Below, in pieces: positions 61,410-64,000 of a stretch of 64,000 nucleotides of DNA. Source of the DNA: Ochotona princeps (taxonomy: Eukaryota); contig NC_080855.1 of NCBI RefSeq assembly GCF_030435755.1, forward strand, positions 24,658,445 to 24,722,444, given 5' to 3'. Below the pieces are notes generated by a model. That model was not told where the DNA came from. It saw nothing but the letters and a program-made list of their open reading frames with translations, and did not search any database. Positions within the stretch are counted from its first letter, which is position 1. The number at the start of each line of letters is the position of its first letter. Position numbers and translations under genes: made by a program.

Positions 61410-61735
61410 TCCAGCACGGTAGCCTAATGGCTAAAGTCCTTGCCTTGCATGTACCAGGATCCCATATGGGTGCTGGTTTACGTCCAGCCGCTCTACTTGC
61501 CATCCAGCTCCCTGCTTGTGGCCTGGGAAAACAGTCAAGGATGGCTCAAAGCCTTGGGACCCTGCACCCCGTGTGGGAGACTTGGAAAAAACTCCTGGCT
61601 CCTAGCTTTGGCTCGACTGAACATCAGCTGTTGTGGCCACTTAGGGAGTGAACCAATGGATGGAAAATGTTTCTTTCTCTATCTCCTCTCAGTAAATCTA
61701 CCTTTCCAATAAAAATAAATAAATCTTAAAAAAAG
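61410..61735 (+). repeat. C-repeat SINE, full length, plus orientation (KIF22 intron)
   Basis: ggtccagcacggtagcctaatggctaaagtccttgccttgcatgtaccaggatcccatatgggtgctggtttacgtccagccgctc..tctacctttccaataaaaataaataaatctt. Confidence 0.75.
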
Positions 61736-62176
61736 AAAGAAAAGAAAAATAGAAACATCAGTGTTAGGACCACACCCAGTTCCCTGAGGTCTGGCATCTA
61801 GCTCAGAGCCTGAGGGGCTTCAGGCAGCCAGCTCATTTCCTTTGGACCAGAAAGATTCGATCCACGACACTCCTTGAGGAGACACAATAAGTACTCCCCT
61901 TCAAACAGCTGCCCCAGCAGCTGCTTAAAGCCTGGGAGGAAGGGGTGGCTGGAAAATGGAGGGAAGTGGGCTAAGAGGCCCAGGAAATGGCCTCCCACTG
62001 GGCGGTAGCCTGGAATAACGTGGAGGCTTAGGGTGAATTCAGCAGGAGAGCAGTAAGTCCCCAGCTGCCGATGCTCAGGGACCTGAGAGACCACACTGCC
62101 ACCCCTGCTAGGCCACACTGCTGCCCTCCGCTGAGCTGCATGTGGTAGGCAGGGTCCACTGGGGCCTCATGCTCAC

Positions 62177-62312
62177 CTGAGTTTCGGGGAACCAGAGGCT
62201 GTGGCTGCTGTGGGCTCAGGGCTCTCGAGCTCCTCTTCCTCGGGGCTTCGGGCTCTCTTGGCCTCTGAGGGGCCTAGTGGTTCCTTCTGAGATGGTTTAA
62301 CAGGTGCCAAGA
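62177..62312 (-). CDS. KIF22: KIF22 exon ([45 protein letters not shown])
   Basis: ORF track 62173..62424; acceptor ctcccag|TC; donor CTGAG|gtgagc. Confidence 0.8.
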
Positions 62313-62403
62313 CTGGGAGGCGAGAGTGGGGAGGAGGGCAGTCAGCCTGTGGGCTGAGGCCTGGTGGCTCCAGCCAACACCCCAGCTGTCCATGGGCACT
62401 CAC

Positions 62404-62557
62404 CATGGAGCTGCAGACTCTCATTGGTAAAGGGCCGGTTGATCACTTCCTTGGACCTGGCAGCAAAGTTGAGCGCGGAGACCGTGTCCAGGTAGTACCG
62501 CCTCTCGGGGGCAATGTTGGCAATGAGAATACTGTGCGCCGAGCCACCCAGTGAGTC
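62404..62557 (-). CDS. KIF22: KIF22 exon, end of motor domain ([51 protein letters not shown])
   Basis: acceptor cctcag|GAC; donor CATG|gtgagt; matches the human KIF22 motor C-terminal region. Confidence 0.75.
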
Positions 62558-62639
62558 CTGAGGCAGAGCGGGCAGGTCAGAAGCCCAGTTTGCCTAGCTC
62601 TGACCACCCAGCAGACCTGGGAGCCCCTTTGGGCCTGAC

Positions 62640-62870
62640 CTGAAGTAAGCGAGTGAGCTTGCTGTCGCGGTAGGGCACCCGAGGGAGGCCCTGGTTCAGT
62701 GCATCGACCACCTTGCCCAGCACAAAGAGGGAAGTGTTGATGGCGCCACTCTCTTTGAGCCGCAGGCCCCGGTTGCCCGTGCGCCGGTTGTCCTCTGAGC
62801 CAGCCAAGTCGATCAAGTAGAGTTTTCCTTCCCGCTGGCGAAACGGGGCCAGGCGTTCCCGCTGGTCCAC
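62640..62870 (-). CDS. KIF22: KIF22 motor domain exon ([77 protein letters not shown])
   Basis: ORF track 62577..62870; kinesin switch II DLAGSE and SLFVLG motifs; acceptor ccccag|GTG; donor CAG|gtcagg. Confidence 0.85.
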
Positions 62871-62964
62871 CTGGGGACAAGCATGAAGGCCTCAGGCTTA
62901 ACCCCAACTCTGACTCCGGCTCCGCAGAGCTTCCTGGGCCACCGCAACAGCCAGCAGACCTCAC

Positions 62965-63174
62965 CTTGACCAGTAGCACGGCGTGACTGCGAGAAGAACG
63001 CTGGTTCAGCCGGGTGGCACCCACAGTCCGGTTCCGACTGGCAGGCAGGAAGTGCCGCTCAAAATCAGCAAAGCTGCTGATGGGCTTCTGCGTGAGGCCC
63101 GGGATCAGGATATTGCCCCGACAGTCTTCGCGGATCACCAGGTCTCCAGATGCAGGCTCTAGGAGGTCTAACAC
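62965..63174 (-). CDS. KIF22: KIF22 motor domain exon ([70 protein letters not shown])
   Basis: ORF track 62443..63297; kinesin switch I NQRSSRSH; acceptor cgacag|GTG; donor AAG|gtgagg. Confidence 0.85.
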
Positions 63175-63365
63175 CTGTCGAAGCCCGGCCAGGTGAGTGC
63201 CGAGTGGCCAGCCCTCCACACCCAGGCTGGCCACTCTCTTCCTAGGACTTGGGTTTCCTGTCCTGTGCTGGACACTTGGCGTGACACCATCTGCCACAAT
63301 GCCCCAGGACTGGGCACTCTAGACCCTGCTGCCTCTTCCCTCCCCAGCCCAGAAGGGGGCATCAC

Positions 63366-63520
63366 CTTTTCCTGGTAGATCTCTAAGTAGGACATGGTGA
63401 CAGAGAGAGCCCACGGCCGGCCCTCGGCCCCCTCCTCCCGGGTGAGATGCAGGAGATCCATGAGTGCCCGGGGGATCACGCCAGGCTGCTCCGGGCTGCC
63501 CAGCATCGTGTGGGTCTTTC
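63366..63520 (-). CDS. KIF22: KIF22 motor domain exon ([51 protein letters not shown])
   Basis: ORF track 63168..63800; completes the P-loop GPTGAGKT; acceptor cccccag|GA; donor AAG|gtgatg. Confidence 0.85.
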
Positions 63521-63628
63521 CTGGGGGAAGAGAGGAGGATGCATTGAGGGTTGCCTCTTCACGCCCCTCAGCCTTGGTGCCCCACAGTGCTGCCTGGCCA
63601 ACCCGCTTACCCGTCCTGCCCCTCTCAC

Positions 63629-63756
63629 CTGCCCCTGTGGGCCCATAGGCGAGCACACTGGCATTCTGCCCTTCCAGCAAGTGCCGCAGGATGGGCTGCA
63701 CAGAGCCTGCATACACATCCTGCTGAGAGCTTCGGTCCCCATAGAAAGCATCAAAC
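63629..63756 (-). CDS. KIF22: KIF22 motor domain exon ([42 protein letters not shown]..)
   Basis: ORF track 63168..63800; acceptor ccaatag|G; donor GCAG|gtgaga; further 5' exons lie outside the window. Confidence 0.8.
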
Positions 63757-64000
63757 CTATTGGCAGGAAGGAAGGAATTAGCTGGGGGCTCCATGTCCAC
63801 CGCAGCTGGAGGAAACTGGCCTTGGATTTAACAATGTTTATCACTGTGGCTGCACGAGACCTGAATAGGCACACGAAGTGCCTGCTCTGCCACAGCCTCT
63901 GGGTTGGGGTTATGAATACAGAGACACACAGGCCTCCCCTGCTCTCGGGAGCTTTGCAGTCTCATGGGATTGGCAGATGACCTGGAATTTACTGGGACTC

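Noticed and set aside
63447-63980. 177-aa plus-strand ORF antisense to KIF22 motor-domain exons
   Set aside because: It is the antisense frame of conserved coding sequence plus intron, with no homology.

Overview
The window is mammalian genomic DNA. More than 40 copies of the tRNA-derived rabbit C-repeat SINE point to Oryctolagus cuniculus. It is the rabbit counterpart of the human 16p11.2 core interval and carries seven protein-coding genes in conserved order, listed with strand and span from the start of the window to its end: SEZ6L2 (plus, 3' part, ends about 3730), CDIPT (plus, 9596-12330, complete), MVP (minus, coding 18735-32612 plus a putative non-coding exon 1 near 45200, complete), PAGR1 (minus, 45696-47301, complete), PRRT2 (minus, coding 49028-50507), MAZ (minus, 53216-56608, complete) and KIF22 (minus, 3' part from 57980, runs off the window). 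I identified the genes from the translated ORF track by recalled homology to the human proteins. Exon boundaries come from splice-site consensus, ORF-track anchoring and reading-frame closure, and are accurate to about +/-2 nt. Each gene's coding exons sum to a whole number of codons, for example MVP 2640 nt = 880 codons, CDIPT 642 nt = 213 aa plus stop, MAZ 1437 nt = 478 aa plus stop. Other features are CpG islands at the CDIPT, PAGR1, PRRT2 and MAZ promoters, a GC-box cluster that looks like the MVP promoter, polyadenylation signals, and many SINE copies and simple repeats. There are no rRNA or tRNA genes, no CRISPR array and nothing prokaryotic; I found no undescribed system and nothing that looks like a novel gene. 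The points worth a second look are a GC-AG intron in MVP, MVP exon 1 and promoter lying in the PAGR1 3' region, head-to-tail SINE stacking, GCN-encoded polyalanine tracts in MAZ, an interrupted cytosine run at the site of the human PRRT2 mutation hotspot, and very tight spacing between consecutive genes.
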